From contig CAVQUV010000002.1 of assembly GCA_963716855.1 (NCBI GenBank), forward strand, positions 170,758 through 234,757: a stretch of 64,000 nucleotides of DNA, read 5' to 3'. Below, one piece after another: positions 1 to 9,134 of this stretch. Origin of the DNA: an uncultured beta proteobacterium (GTDB lineage: Bacteria > Pseudomonadota > Gammaproteobacteria > Burkholderiales > SG8-39). The translations under genes and the position numbers were made by a program. Numbering within the stretch: the stretch's first letter is position 1; each line of letters begins with the position of its first letter. The notes beneath the pieces were generated by a model. That model saw only the letters and a program-made list of their open reading frames with translations, made no database searches and was not told where the DNA came from.

Positions 1-402
1 CTCTGGGGCCGGCCCACGTGGGGGACCTACTGGGTCTGGGACGCGCGGCTGACCTCCGAGCTGATCCTGCTGTTCCTGTACCTCGGCTTCATGGCGCTGC
101 AGGCCGCGATCGACGATCCGCGCCGCGCGGACAAGGCGGGGGCGGTGCTCGCGATCGTGGGCGTGGTGAACGTCCCGATCATCTATTTCTCGGTGAAGTG
201 GTGGAACACGCTGCATCAGGGCGCCTCGGTGAGCCTGACGAAAGCCCCGACGATGGCGAGCACGATGCTGACCGGCATGGCCGTCATGGCGCTCGGCTTC
301 TGGATGTACTCGATCGCCATCACCCTGGCGCGGGTGCGGGCAATCATCCTCGAGCGCGAGCGCCGGTCCGATTGGATCAAGGTACAGGTGGAAAGCAGCT
401 GA
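1..402 (+). CDS. ccmC: Heme exporter protein CcmC, C-terminal part (5' end lies outside the window)
   Basis: Frame 1 is open from the window edge. The translation LWGRPTWGTYWVWDARLTSE carries the CcmC Trp-rich WGxxWxWD heme-handling motif. Stop is TGA 400-402, and ccmDEFGHI follow directly. Confidence 0.9.
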   Translation, partial: LWGRPTWGTYWVWDARLTSELILLFLYLGFMALQAAIDDPRRADKAGAVLAIVGVVNVPIIYFSVKWWNTLHQGASVSLTKAPTMASTMLTGMAVMALGFWMYSIAITLARVRAIILERERRSDWIKVQVESS

Positions 403-403
403 T

Positions 404-583
404 ATGGTCTGGGGCTCCTGGGATAATTTCTGGGCGATGGGCGGCTATGCACCGTTCGTCTGGGGCGCCTACGGCGTGACGGTGGCGGCGCTGGCGATCG
501 AGGTCTGGCTGGTGGGAATCCGGCGGCGCCGGGCGCTTGCCGAAGTGGAGCGGCGCCGCCAGCGCGGCGGAGAGGAACGATGA
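404..583 (+). CDS. ccmD: Heme exporter protein CcmD (59 aa, below the ORF-track size cutoff)
   Basis: ATG at 404, two nt after the ccmC stop. Stop TGA 581-583 overlaps the ccmE ATG at 580 (ATGA). It has one TM helix ([23 protein letters not shown]) followed by an Arg-rich tail, and sits in the canonical position between ccmC and ccmE. Confidence 0.7.
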   Translation: MVWGSWDNFWAMGGYAPFVWGAYGVTVAALAIEVWLVGIRRRRALAEVERRRQRGGEER

Positions 584-1029
584 AACCGAGACAGAAGCGC
601 GCGTTGCTGATCGGCACGGGGCTCGTCATCCTGGCGGGCGCGGTCACGCTCGTGCTCACCGCGTTCCAGCAGAACCTGGTGTTCTTCTTCACGCCGTCGC
701 AGATCGCCGCGAACGAGGCGCCGGTCGGCAAGCCGTTTCGCATCGGCGGCATGGTGGAAGAGGGCAGCCTCAAGCGCGGCGGCGACGGCCTGACGGTGCA
801 GTTCAAGGTCACCGACACGGCGAAGTCGGTCCCGGTGAAGTACACCGGCATCCTTCCCGACCTGTTCAAGGAGGGAAAGGGCGTGGTCGCGCAGGGGCGG
901 CTCGGGCCGGACGGCGTCTTCCAGGCGACCGAGGTGCTCGCGAAGCACGACGAGAACTACATGCCGCCGGAAGCCGCGCACGCGCTCGAGCAGGGCGCGA
1001 AGGCGCAGAAGACGATCAAGTCCAACTGA
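580..1029 (+). CDS. ccmE: Cytochrome c-type biogenesis heme chaperone CcmE
   Basis: 149 aa with an N-terminal membrane anchor and the C-terminal heme-binding motif [12 protein letters not shown] (HxxxY). Lies within the ccm operon. Confidence 0.92.
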   Translation: MKPRQKRALLIGTGLVILAGAVTLVLTAFQQNLVFFFTPSQIAANEAPVGKPFRIGGMVEEGSLKRGGDGLTVQFKVTDTAKSVPVKYTGILPDLFKEGKGVVAQGRLGPDGVFQATEVLAKHDENYMPPEAAHALEQGAKAQKTIKSN

Positions 1030-1039
1030 GGTCCCGACC

Positions 1040-3022
1040 GTGATCCCAGAGATCGGCCAGTTCGCACTCATCCTCGCGCTGCTGCTCGCGCTCGTTCAGG
1101 GCACGCTGCCGATCGCCGGCGCGCACCGCGGCATCGCGGGCTGGACCGCGCTCGCGCGGCCGGTGGCGCAGGGCCAGTTCCTGTTCATCGTGATCGCGTA
1201 CGCGTGCCTCGCGTACTCGTTCGTGAGCAACGACTTCTCGGTGCTGAACGTCGCGTCGCACTCCAACTCGAAGCTCCCGGCGCACTACCGGTTCGCCGCG
1301 AGCTGGGGCTCGCACGAGGGCTCGCTGCTCCTCTGGGTGCTGATGCTCAACGTCTGGACGGTCGCGGTAACGATCTTCAGCCGCCACCTGCCGCAGGAGA
1401 TGGTGGCGCGCGTGGTCGGGGTGATGGGGCTCGTCAGCGTCGGGTTCCTGCTCTTCATGCTCACGACCTCCAATCCGTTCGACCGCCTGTTCCCGGCGGC
1501 GGCCGACGGGCGCGATCTCAACCCGCTGCTGCAGGACCCGGGCATGGTGTTCCACCCGCCGATGCTCTACATGGGCTACGTCGGCTTCTCGGTCGCGTTC
1601 GCGTTCGCGATCTCCGCGCTGCTCGGCGGCCGGCTCGACTCGACCTGGGCGCGGTGGTCGCGGCCGTGGACGACCGCGGCGTGGTGCTTCCTGACGATCG
1701 GCATCATGATCGGGAGCTGGTGGGCCTACTACGAGCTCGGCTGGGGCGGCTGGTGGTTCTGGGACCCGGTCGAGAACGCCTCCTTCATGCCGTGGCTCGT
1801 CGGCACCGCGCTCGTGCACTCGCTCGCCGTCACCGACAAGCGCGGCAGCTTCAAGACCTGGACCGTGCTGCTCGCGATCTGCGCGTTCTCGCTGTCGCTC
1901 CTCGGCACCTTCCTCGTGCGCTCCGGGGTGCTCACCTCGGTGCACGCGTTCGCGACCGACCCGAAGCGCGGCGTCTTCATCCTCGCGTTCCTCGCGCTGG
2001 TGATCGGCGGCTCGCTCGCGCTGTTCGCCGTGCGCGCGCCGCGGGTCGGGCTCGGGGGCAAGTTCGAGATGGTGTCGCGCGAGTCGATGCTGCTCGCGAA
2101 CAACGTGCTGCTCGTCGTCGCGGCCGGCTCGGTGCTGCTCGGCACGCTGTACCCGCTGTTCCTCGACGCGCTGAGTCGCGGCCAGACGAAGATCTCCGTC
2201 GGACCGCCGTACTTCGACGCGGTTTTCGTGCCGATCATGACCCCGCTCGTGTTCCTGATGGGCATCGGCCCGCTCGCGCGCTGGAAGGAAGCCCGGCTGC
2301 CGGACCTGTGGACCCGGCTCAAGTGGGCGCTCGGCGTCAGCCTCGCGACCGCGCTCGTGCTCCCGTTCCTCGCCGGATCCTGGAAGCCGCTCGTGAGCTT
2401 CGGGTTGCTGCTCGCGCTCTGGATCGTTGCGTCGACGGTCGTCCACGTCAGGGAGCGTGTTCGCAACCTGCGCGGCGGGCTCGGCGCGCGGCTCGCGAGC
2501 CAGCCGCGGGGCTACTGGGGCATGCTGCTCGCCCATCTCGGCGTGGCGGTGTTCATCGTCGGGGTGACGCTCGTCAAGGGCTACGAGATCGAGCGCGACG
2601 TCCGCATGGCCGTCGGCGACACGATCAAGGTCGGCAGCTACACGTTCCGCTTCGACGGCGTCCGCGACGTGCCGGGGCCGAACTACGCCGCCTCGCGCGC
2701 GTCGGTCGACGTCAGCAAGGACGGCAAGTCGATCGAGACGCTGCATCCCGAGAAGCGCATCTATTTCGCGCAGCAGATGCCGATGACCGAGGCGGCGATC
2801 GACTCGGGGATCCTCGGCGACATCTACGTCTCGCTCGGCGATCCGGTCGGCGACGGCTCCTGGGCGGTACGCGTCTACGACAAGCCGTTCGTCAACTGGA
2901 TCTGGTTCGGCTGCATCCTGATGGCGATCGGCGGTTTTATCGCGCTGTCGGATCGTCGCTACCGCGTCGGCGCCGCGCGCGAAGCCGTGGTCACGCCCGG
3001 CGCCACGGCGACGGCCGGCTGA
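1040..3022 (+). CDS. ccmF: Cytochrome c heme lyase subunit CcmF
   Basis: 660-aa polytopic membrane protein with the WWD motif GWGGWWFWDPVENAS. Starts at GTG 1040, in ccm context. Confidence 0.93.
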   Translation: MIPEIGQFALILALLLALVQGTLPIAGAHRGIAGWTALARPVAQGQFLFIVIAYACLAYSFVSNDFSVLNVASHSNSKLPAHYRFAASWGSHEGSLLLWVLMLNVWTVAVTIFSRHLPQEMVARVVGVMGLVSVGFLLFMLTTSNPFDRLFPAAADGRDLNPLLQDPGMVFHPPMLYMGYVGFSVAFAFAISALLGGRLDSTWARWSRPWTTAAWCFLTIGIMIGSWWAYYELGWGGWWFWDPVENASFMPWLVGTALVHSLAVTDKRGSFKTWTVLLAICAFSLSLLGTFLVRSGVLTSVHAFATDPKRGVFILAFLALVIGGSLALFAVRAPRVGLGGKFEMVSRESMLLANNVLLVVAAGSVLLGTLYPLFLDALSRGQTKISVGPPYFDAVFVPIMTPLVFLMGIGPLARWKEARLPDLWTRLKWALGVSLATALVLPFLAGSWKPLVSFGLLLALWIVASTVVHVRERVRNLRGGLGARLASQPRGYWGMLLAHLGVAVFIVGVTLVKGYEIERDVRMAVGDTIKVGSYTFRFDGVRDVPGPNYAASRASVDVSKDGKSIETLHPEKRIYFAQQMPMTEAAIDSGILGDIYVSLGDPVGDGSWAVRVYDKPFVNWIWFGCILMAIGGFIALSDRRYRVGAAREAVVTPGATATAG

Positions 3023-3038
3023 TCCTTCGAGGACACCC

Positions 3039-3566
3039 ATGAGCCGCTTCGCGATCCCGCTCGCCGTATTCGTCGTCCTCCTCGCGTTCCTCTTCGTCGG
3101 GCTCGGCCTCAACCCGCGCGAGGTCCCGTCGCCGCTGATCGGCAAGCCCGCGCCGGCGTTCCAGCTCGCGCAGCTGCACACGCCCGACCGGCCGTTCACC
3201 GAGAAGGACATGCTCGGCCAGGTCTGGCTCCTGAACGTGTGGGCGTCCTGGTGCGTGTCGTGCCGCGACGAGCACCCGCTGCTGGTCGAGCTCGCGAAGG
3301 CGAAGAGCGTGCCGCTGGTCGGCCTCAACTACAAGGACAAGCCGGACGAGGCGAAGGCCTGGTTGAAGCAGTTCGGCGACCCGTATCAGCTGTCGATCAC
3401 CGACCTCAACGGCCGCGTGGGCATCGACTACGGCGTGTACGGCGTGCCCGAGACCTTCCTGATCGACAAGGCCGGGGTGGTCCGCTACAAGCACATCGGC
3501 CCGATCACGCCCGACGCGCTGCAGACGAAGATCCTGCCGCTCGTCAAGGAGCTGCAGAAGTCGTGA
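3039..3566 (+). CDS. ccmG: Thiol:disulfide interchange protein CcmG/DsbE
   Basis: 175 aa with an N-terminal anchor and a thioredoxin fold containing WASWCVSCRDEHP (CxxC). Confidence 0.9.
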   Translation: MSRFAIPLAVFVVLLAFLFVGLGLNPREVPSPLIGKPAPAFQLAQLHTPDRPFTEKDMLGQVWLLNVWASWCVSCRDEHPLLVELAKAKSVPLVGLNYKDKPDEAKAWLKQFGDPYQLSITDLNGRVGIDYGVYGVPETFLIDKAGVVRYKHIGPITPDALQTKILPLVKELQKS

Positions 3567-4027
3567 TGCGGCGCCTTCTCGTGCTCGTCCTGGCGCTCGC
3601 GCCGCTCGTCGCGTTCGCGAAGGACGCGATCCCGACCGAGCAGGACCCGGTCGCGGCGAAGCGCGCGGTCGGCCTGGCCGAGCAGCTCCGCTGCCTCGTC
3701 TGCCAGAACCAGTCGATCGCCGAGTCGAACGCCGAGCTGGCGCTGGACCTGCGCCGGCAGATCAACGAGCAGATCGCCGCGGGCAAGAGCGACGGGGAGA
3801 TCGTCGATTTCATGGTGCAGCGCTACGGCGACTTCGTGCTCTACCGACCGCCGTTCAAGGCGACCACCGTGCTGCTGTGGCTCGGCCCTGCGGTGCTGCT
3901 GCTGCTCGGGTTCTGGACGCTTCGGCGCGCGCTGCGACAGCGCAGGCGCGCGACCGAGGAATTGCCGCTGTCCGAGGACGAGCGGGCGCGCGCCGGGCGG
4001 CTGCTCGGCGGGGAACCGCCGAAGTGA
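3566..4027 (+). CDS. ccmH: Cytochrome c-type biogenesis protein CcmH
   Basis: ATG 3566 overlaps the ccmG stop. It has a signal peptide (MRRLLVLVLALAPLVAFA), the conserved LRCLVCQNQSIAESNA motif and a C-terminal TM helix. Confidence 0.88.
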   Translation: MRRLLVLVLALAPLVAFAKDAIPTEQDPVAAKRAVGLAEQLRCLVCQNQSIAESNAELALDLRRQINEQIAAGKSDGEIVDFMVQRYGDFVLYRPPFKATTVLLWLGPAVLLLLGFWTLRRALRQRRRATEELPLSEDERARAGRLLGGEPPK

Positions 4028-5283
4028 TCGCCTTCGCGCTCGTCGCCACCGCGATGGTGGCCGTCGCGGTGGCGTGGATCCTGGTCCCGCTGCTGCGGCG
4101 TCGCGACGCCGGCGACGTCGATCGCGGTGCGTCCAACGTGGCCATCCTGCGCGACCAGTTCGCCGAGCTCGACGCCGACCTCGAGCGCGGCACGATCTCC
4201 GCCGCGAACCATGAGCAGGCGCGGCGCGAGCTCGAGCGCCGCGTGCTCGAGGAGGTCTCCGGGTCGCCGGGCGCAGCGACCCGGGAGCGCGGCACGCCCT
4301 GGGCCGCCGCCGTGCTCGCCGGCCTCGTCCCGGTCGTGGCGGTGCTGCTGTACCTCGTGATCGGCACGCCGGACGCGCTCGGGCCGCAGGCGCGGGCGCC
4401 CGCCGGCGCGGAGGGCGGGCACCAGGTCACGCGCGAGGAGGTCGAGAAGATGGTCGCCGACCTCGCGGTGCGGCTCGAGAAGGAGCCCGACAACGTGAAC
4501 GGCTGGGTCGTGCTCGCGCGCTCGTACGCCGTCATGAACCGCCATGGCGATGCCGTGAAGGCCTACGAGCGCGTCATCCAGCTCGTGCCGAACGACCCCG
4601 ATCTGCTCGCCGACTATGCCGACACGCTCGCCGTGACGATGGGCGGGAATCTCGCCGGCAAGCCGCTGGAGCTCGCCAAGCGCGCGCTCGCGGCCGATCC
4701 GACCCACTGGAAGGCGCTCGCGCTCGTCGGCACCGAGGCGTTCAACCGGAAGGACTACAAGACCGCCATCGCGTACTGGGAGAAGCTGAAGGCCACCGCG
4801 CCGCCCGGGTCGCCGATCGCGCAGTCGATCGACTCGAGCATCGCGGAGGCGCGCGAGCGGGGCGGAATCAAGGGCGCCGCCGCGCCGCCCGCGGCCGTGG
4901 CCGTCGCGCCGCCTGTGGCGGTCGCCGCCGCGCCCGCGGGGGGCCGCGTCGCCGGCAAGGTCGACCTGAGCCCCGCGCTCAAGGGCAAGGTCGCGCCGAC
5001 CGACACGGTGTTCGTCTTCGCGCGCGCCGCCGCGGGCCCGCGCATGCCGCTCGCGATCCTGCGCAGGCAGGTGAAGGATCTTCCGCTCGAGTTCGCGCTC
5101 GACGACTCGATGGCGATGGCGCCGAACATGTCGCTCTCCAGCTTCCCGGAGGTCGTGGTGGGGGCGCGCGTCTCGCGGTCGGGCAACGCGACGCCGCAGA
5201 GCGGCGACCTCGAAGGCCTGTCGAAGCCGGTCAAGGTCGGCGCGAGCGGAATCGCGGTCGTGATCGACAGCGCGCTCCCCTGA
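4024..5283 (+). CDS. ccmI: Cytochrome c-type biogenesis protein CcmI/CycH (TM + TPR)
   Basis: GTG 4024 overlaps the ccmH stop (GTGA). It has two N-terminal TM helices, a TPR region (WVVLARSYAVMNRHGDAVKAYERVIQL...) and an Ala/Pro-rich linker. It is the last gene of the ccm operon. The start codon was inferred. Confidence 0.8.
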   Translation: MIAFALVATAMVAVAVAWILVPLLRRRDAGDVDRGASNVAILRDQFAELDADLERGTISAANHEQARRELERRVLEEVSGSPGAATRERGTPWAAAVLAGLVPVVAVLLYLVIGTPDALGPQARAPAGAEGGHQVTREEVEKMVADLAVRLEKEPDNVNGWVVLARSYAVMNRHGDAVKAYERVIQLVPNDPDLLADYADTLAVTMGGNLAGKPLELAKRALAADPTHWKALALVGTEAFNRKDYKTAIAYWEKLKATAPPGSPIAQSIDSSIAEARERGGIKGAAAPPAAVAVAPPVAVAAAPAGGRVAGKVDLSPALKGKVAPTDTVFVFARAAAGPRMPLAILRRQVKDLPLEFALDDSMAMAPNMSLSSFPEVVVGARVSRSGNATPQSGDLEGLSKPVKVGASGIAVVIDSALP

Positions 5284-5321
5284 GCGCCCGGCGACGCGGT
5301 CGCCTTGGCGACCGCCGGGTC

Positions 5322-5335
5322 TTGATCTCGATCAA
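5322..5335 (+). promoter_or_regulatory. FNR/Anr/Dnr-type binding site TTGAT-N4-ATCAA
   Basis: TTGATctcgATCAA is a perfect match to the FNR consensus half-sites. Its centre is about 79 nt upstream of the octaheme cytochrome ATG (5408), which fits a class II anaerobic promoter with a ~35-40 nt 5' UTR. Confidence 0.6.
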
Positions 5336-5407
5336 TCGCGGCACCGCGCCTCTCGGGTGAAATGATCCACTGCGGGAAACCGCAGTCTGAGCCCAAGGAG
5401 GGGGAGC

Positions 5408-7120
5408 ATGCCGGATCGCCTGCGTCTCGCGCTCGTGCGCGCCGTTCACGTGGTTTCCGCCGCCGCCTTCGCCGTCGCGGCCTACTTCGCGGTGGCGCCC
5501 ACCGCGCACGCGCAGGCGAAGAAAGCCGCGGCGTTCGATGCCGCGCCATGCCTCGCGTGCCACAAGCCGATCAAGGAATTCCACGACTCCGGCAAGCACA
5601 AGGGCGTCGGGTGCAACGCGTGCCACGGCAACCTCGACTCGCACGTCGCCGACCGGAAGGTGCGCCCGAGCACCAACATGGACCCGGCCGCCTGCGGCGC
5701 GTGCCACAAGCTGCAATACGAGAGCCAGTTCACGATGAACTGGGAGAAGCCCGCGCGCTGGGAGAAATCGCAGCAGGTCGGCCCGTCGCCGAACCCGTCG
5801 TGGGAAAAGCTGATGTGGCCGCACGGGTTCACGCGCGAGCACAACCTCGCGCGGTCGCACCAGCACATGGTGCTCGACCAGTTCGTCGTGGATCGCGCCT
5901 TCGGCGGCCGGTTCGAGGCGAAGCAGGGCTGGCAGTACCTCACGCGGCAAGGCAACTACAAGGTCTGGGACGTTCTGAAGGACAACTACCCGGACAACAC
6001 CGACCAGAAGGTCTTCAAGCCCGGCACCGCCGCCGCCGCCAACCCGGTGTGCATGAGCTGCAAGACGCAGGACCACATCCTCGACTGGGCCTACATGGGC
6101 GATCCGGCGCCGACGGCGAAGTGGAGCCGCACCTCCAAAGTGGTCGAATTCGTGAAGGACGTGAACCACGCGATGAACTGCTTCTTCTGCCACGACCCGC
6201 ACGCCGCCAAGCCGCGGGTCGTCCGCGACGCCCTCATCCAGGCGCTGACGCGCCCCGAGAAGGACACCCTGTGGCATCAGGACGCGCGCGCCGGGAAGAT
6301 CGAGGTGAAGGACCTCGGCGTGCGCGGCCACACGCGCAAGATCGCGATGCTCGACCGCTACGACACGAAGCTCCAGTGCGGCCAGTGCCACGTCGAGTAC
6401 AACTGCAACCCCGGCACCGATCCGACCACCGGACAGCCGATCGGGATGGCCGACCAGCGGGCGAACCACTTCCCGTTCAAGAGCGTGAACGAGATCGGCA
6501 AGCACTACACCGACCTCAAGTTCCGCGACTTCCGGCACCAGATCACCGGGGCGCTGCTCTGGAAGGGCCAGCATCCGGACGTCGAGAACTACTACGGCTC
6601 GAAGCACCAGAAGGCCGGCGTCGAGTGCCACCAGTGCCACATGCCGAAGATGAAGGACGCCAAGACCGGCAAGACCTACACGTCGCACTGGCAAACCTCG
6701 CCGAAGCACTACGTCAAGGAGACTTGCCTGCAGTGCCACGGCGAGTGGACGGAGCGGCAGGCGAAGTACGTGATGGAGTCGCTCAGCGCGCGCATCCAGG
6801 GCAAGACGCGCAAGGCCGAGTACTGGCTCACGCGCATGATCGACAAGTTCGAGGAGGCCAAGGGCCTCGGCGTGGACGAGGCGACGCTCAACCAGGTGCG
6901 CGAGAAGCACTACGAGGCGGACATCCACTGGGAGTGGTGGACCGCCTCCAACGGCGCGGCCTTCCACAATCCGGACCAGACGACCGAGTCGCTCGCGAAG
7001 TCGGTGACGCTGTCGCAGGAGGGGATCAAGCTCCTCGACGATGCGATGGCGAAGCGCCGCTCGGAGCAGCGGAGCGCCGCGGCCGCGCCTGCGCCGGGTG
7101 CGGCGCCGAAGCCGAACTAG
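5408..7120 (+). CDS. Octaheme cytochrome c nitrite reductase family protein (TvNiR/ONR type, CxxCK catalytic heme)
   Basis: 570 aa with a signal peptide and eight heme-c motifs: CLACH, CNACH, CGACH, CMSCK (nt 6050-6064), CFFCH, CGQCH, CHQCH, CLQCH. It also has an NrfA-like CGQCHVEYNCNPG segment. Confidence 0.85.
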   Translation: MPDRLRLALVRAVHVVSAAAFAVAAYFAVAPTAHAQAKKAAAFDAAPCLACHKPIKEFHDSGKHKGVGCNACHGNLDSHVADRKVRPSTNMDPAACGACHKLQYESQFTMNWEKPARWEKSQQVGPSPNPSWEKLMWPHGFTREHNLARSHQHMVLDQFVVDRAFGGRFEAKQGWQYLTRQGNYKVWDVLKDNYPDNTDQKVFKPGTAAAANPVCMSCKTQDHILDWAYMGDPAPTAKWSRTSKVVEFVKDVNHAMNCFFCHDPHAAKPRVVRDALIQALTRPEKDTLWHQDARAGKIEVKDLGVRGHTRKIAMLDRYDTKLQCGQCHVEYNCNPGTDPTTGQPIGMADQRANHFPFKSVNEIGKHYTDLKFRDFRHQITGALLWKGQHPDVENYYGSKHQKAGVECHQCHMPKMKDAKTGKTYTSHWQTSPKHYVKETCLQCHGEWTERQAKYVMESLSARIQGKTRKAEYWLTRMIDKFEEAKGLGVDEATLNQVREKHYEADIHWEWWTASNGAAFHNPDQTTESLAKSVTLSQEGIKLLDDAMAKRRSEQRSAAAAPAPGAAPKPN

Positions 7121-7136
7121 CCGGCCGGGCGCTCGA

Positions 7137-7712
7137 ATGAGGGCCGCGTACCTCGCATCCGGTGTCGCGATCGTCGGCGTGGCGATCGCCACCGCGATCC
7201 TCGTCGTCGTCGTCCCGGATGCGGATGCACCCGACTCCGGTGCGCTTCCCGTGACGCGCGATGCGCTCAAGTCGCACGTCGAGCGCGCGCCGCGCGACGG
7301 TCGAGCCTGGGTGATGCTCGCGCGCGCGGAGCTCGATGCCGATCGCTTCCGCGAGGCGGCCGACGCGTACGAGCGCGGACTCGCGACCTCGCGCAAGGTC
7401 GCGCTGGATGCCGCAGTCTGGTGCGAGTACGCCGATGCGCTCGGCATGGCGCAGGGCGGCCGTCTCGAGGGACGGCCCCGCGAGCTGATCGAGCGCGCCC
7501 TCGCGCTGAACCCGGCGCATCCGAAGGCGCTGGAGATGGCCGGAAGCGCGGCCTATGAACGCGGCGATTTCGCCGCCGCCGCACGCCACTGGAAGGCGTT
7601 GCTGGCGCAGCTCGCGGCGGACTCGCACGCGCACGGCGAGCTCGCGGCGGCGGTCGCACGCGCCGAACGCAAGGCCACCGGCCGCGCGCCGCTGACCGAC
7701 CGGGCCGGGTAA
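7137..7712 (+). CDS. TM-anchored TPR protein, paralog of the CcmI TPR module (NrfG-like apocytochrome chaperone candidate)
   Basis: ATG 7137 (internal Met of ORF 7041..7712) lies 16 nt after the cytochrome stop. It has an N-terminal TM helix, then TPR repeats that align by eye with the C-terminal TPR region of CcmI (4024..5283). Confidence 0.65.
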   Translation: MRAAYLASGVAIVGVAIATAILVVVVPDADAPDSGALPVTRDALKSHVERAPRDGRAWVMLARAELDADRFREAADAYERGLATSRKVALDAAVWCEYADALGMAQGGRLEGRPRELIERALALNPAHPKALEMAGSAAYERGDFAAAARHWKALLAQLAADSHAHGELAAAVARAERKATGRAPLTDRAG

Positions 7713-7732
7713 TCGTCCGGTCTCGCGACCCC

Positions 7733-9134
7733 GTGGAGCGCGTCGACGTCGTTGTCGTCGGCGCGGGCATCTCCGGCCTCGCGACGGCCTTCCATCTGCA
7801 GCGCCGCGGCCACGCGGTGCGCGTGCTCGAGGCCGCGCCGCGCGCCGGCGGCGTGATCGGCTCGCACCGCCGCGACGGCGTCCTGTACGAGACCGGACCC
7901 AACAGCACGCTCGACACCACCCCGCTGATCGGCGCGCTGCTCGATGCGGCGGGAATCGCGGCCGAGCGTCTCGACGCGACCGCCGCTGCGGCCCGGCGCT
8001 ACGTGCTCCGAGGGGGGCGCCTCGCGCCATTGCCGACCTCGCCCGGAGCGTTCCTCGCGACGCCGCTCTTCTCCATCGGCGCGAAGCTCGCGCTCGCGCG
8101 CGAGCCGTTCATCGCGCCGGCACCGCCCGACCGCGAGGAAACGGTCGCCGCCTTCGTCCGCCGGCGGCTGGGCGACGAGTTTCTCGACTATGCGATCGAG
8201 CCGTTCGTCGCCGGCATCTACGCCGGTGACCCCGACCAGCTTTCGGTGCAGGCGGCGTTTCCGAGACTGCACGCGCTCGAGCAGCGCTATCGCAGCCTGA
8301 TCCGCGGGCAGATCCTCGGCGCGCGCGAGCGTGCGCGCGCGCGACGAGACGGCAAGGAACACCGCGACGAGCTTCTCGTTCCAGAACGGCATGCAGACCC
8401 TCCCCGACGCGCTCGCGCGCACGTTGCGCGGGCTCGAGACGGGCGTTCGCGTCGTACGCCTGGCGCGCGCCGATGACGGCACGTTCACCGTGCACGGCGA
8501 GCGGACCGGCGAATCCACGGAGGCGCGCGCGCGCGCGGTCGTGCTCGCCGTGCCTGCGGACGCGGCCGCCGGCCTCGTGCGTCGGCTGGCGCCGGCCGCG
8601 GCGCAGGCGCTCGACGCGATTCCGTATTCGCCGGTTGCCGTCGTTGCGTCGGTCTACCGCCGCGCGGACGTGCGGCACGCGCTCGACGGCTTCGGCTTCC
8701 TTTCGCCCCGCAAGGAGGGCAGGGCGATCCTCGGCACGCTGTTCTCGAGCAGCATGTTCGAGGGACGGGTCCCGGCGGACACCGTGCTGCTGACGACCTT
8801 CGTCGGCGGGGCCCGCGATCCTGCGCTCGCGGGGTCGCCTCCCGGCGAGATTGCGGCGGCGGTGGAGCGCGAGCTCGCGGCGCTCCTCGGCGCCGCGTCG
8901 CCGCAGTGGCGCGAAGTGGTCCAGTGGCCGCGTGCGATCCCGCAGTACACGCTCGGGCATCTCGGCCGCATCGCCGCGCTCGAAGCGAGCGAGGCCGCCG
9001 TGCCGGGACTCTTCTTCCGCGGGAACTACCGCGGCGGCGTATCGGTGGGCGATTGCATCAAGTCCGCCGACGCAGGCGCCGCGGCCGTGGCGGCGTTCCT
9101 CGCGGCCTATCCGTCGCGCAGCGCGACGCGATAG
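7733..9134 (+). pseudogene. hemY: Protoporphyrinogen oxidase HemY (FAD amine-oxidase fold), reading frame broken by a +1 shift near 8320-8375
   Basis: The N-terminal part is in frame 2 (VDVVVVGAGISGLATAFHL dinucleotide-binding motif ... AFPRLHALEQRYRSLIRG). The remainder is in frame 3 (SFSFQNGMQTLPDAL ... WPRAIPQYTLGH ... FRGNYRGGVSVGDCI). Together they make one full-length HemY. Confidence 0.8.

Noticed and set aside
1016-3328. Very long ORFs antisense to, or out of frame with, well-supported genes. Examples: 1016..3328(-), 5231..7447(-), 8109..10442(-), 13283..15907(-), 14775..17135(-), 23121..25574(-), 28454..30823(-), 30673..32814(-), 37803..40247(+), 50543..53461(+), 60707..63640(-).
   Set aside because: Their translations are dominated by Arg/Ala/Gly/Pro/Asp runs with no recognisable motifs. 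Each overlaps a gene with clear family signatures on the other strand or frame. Long stop-free alternative frames are expected at about 70% GC.
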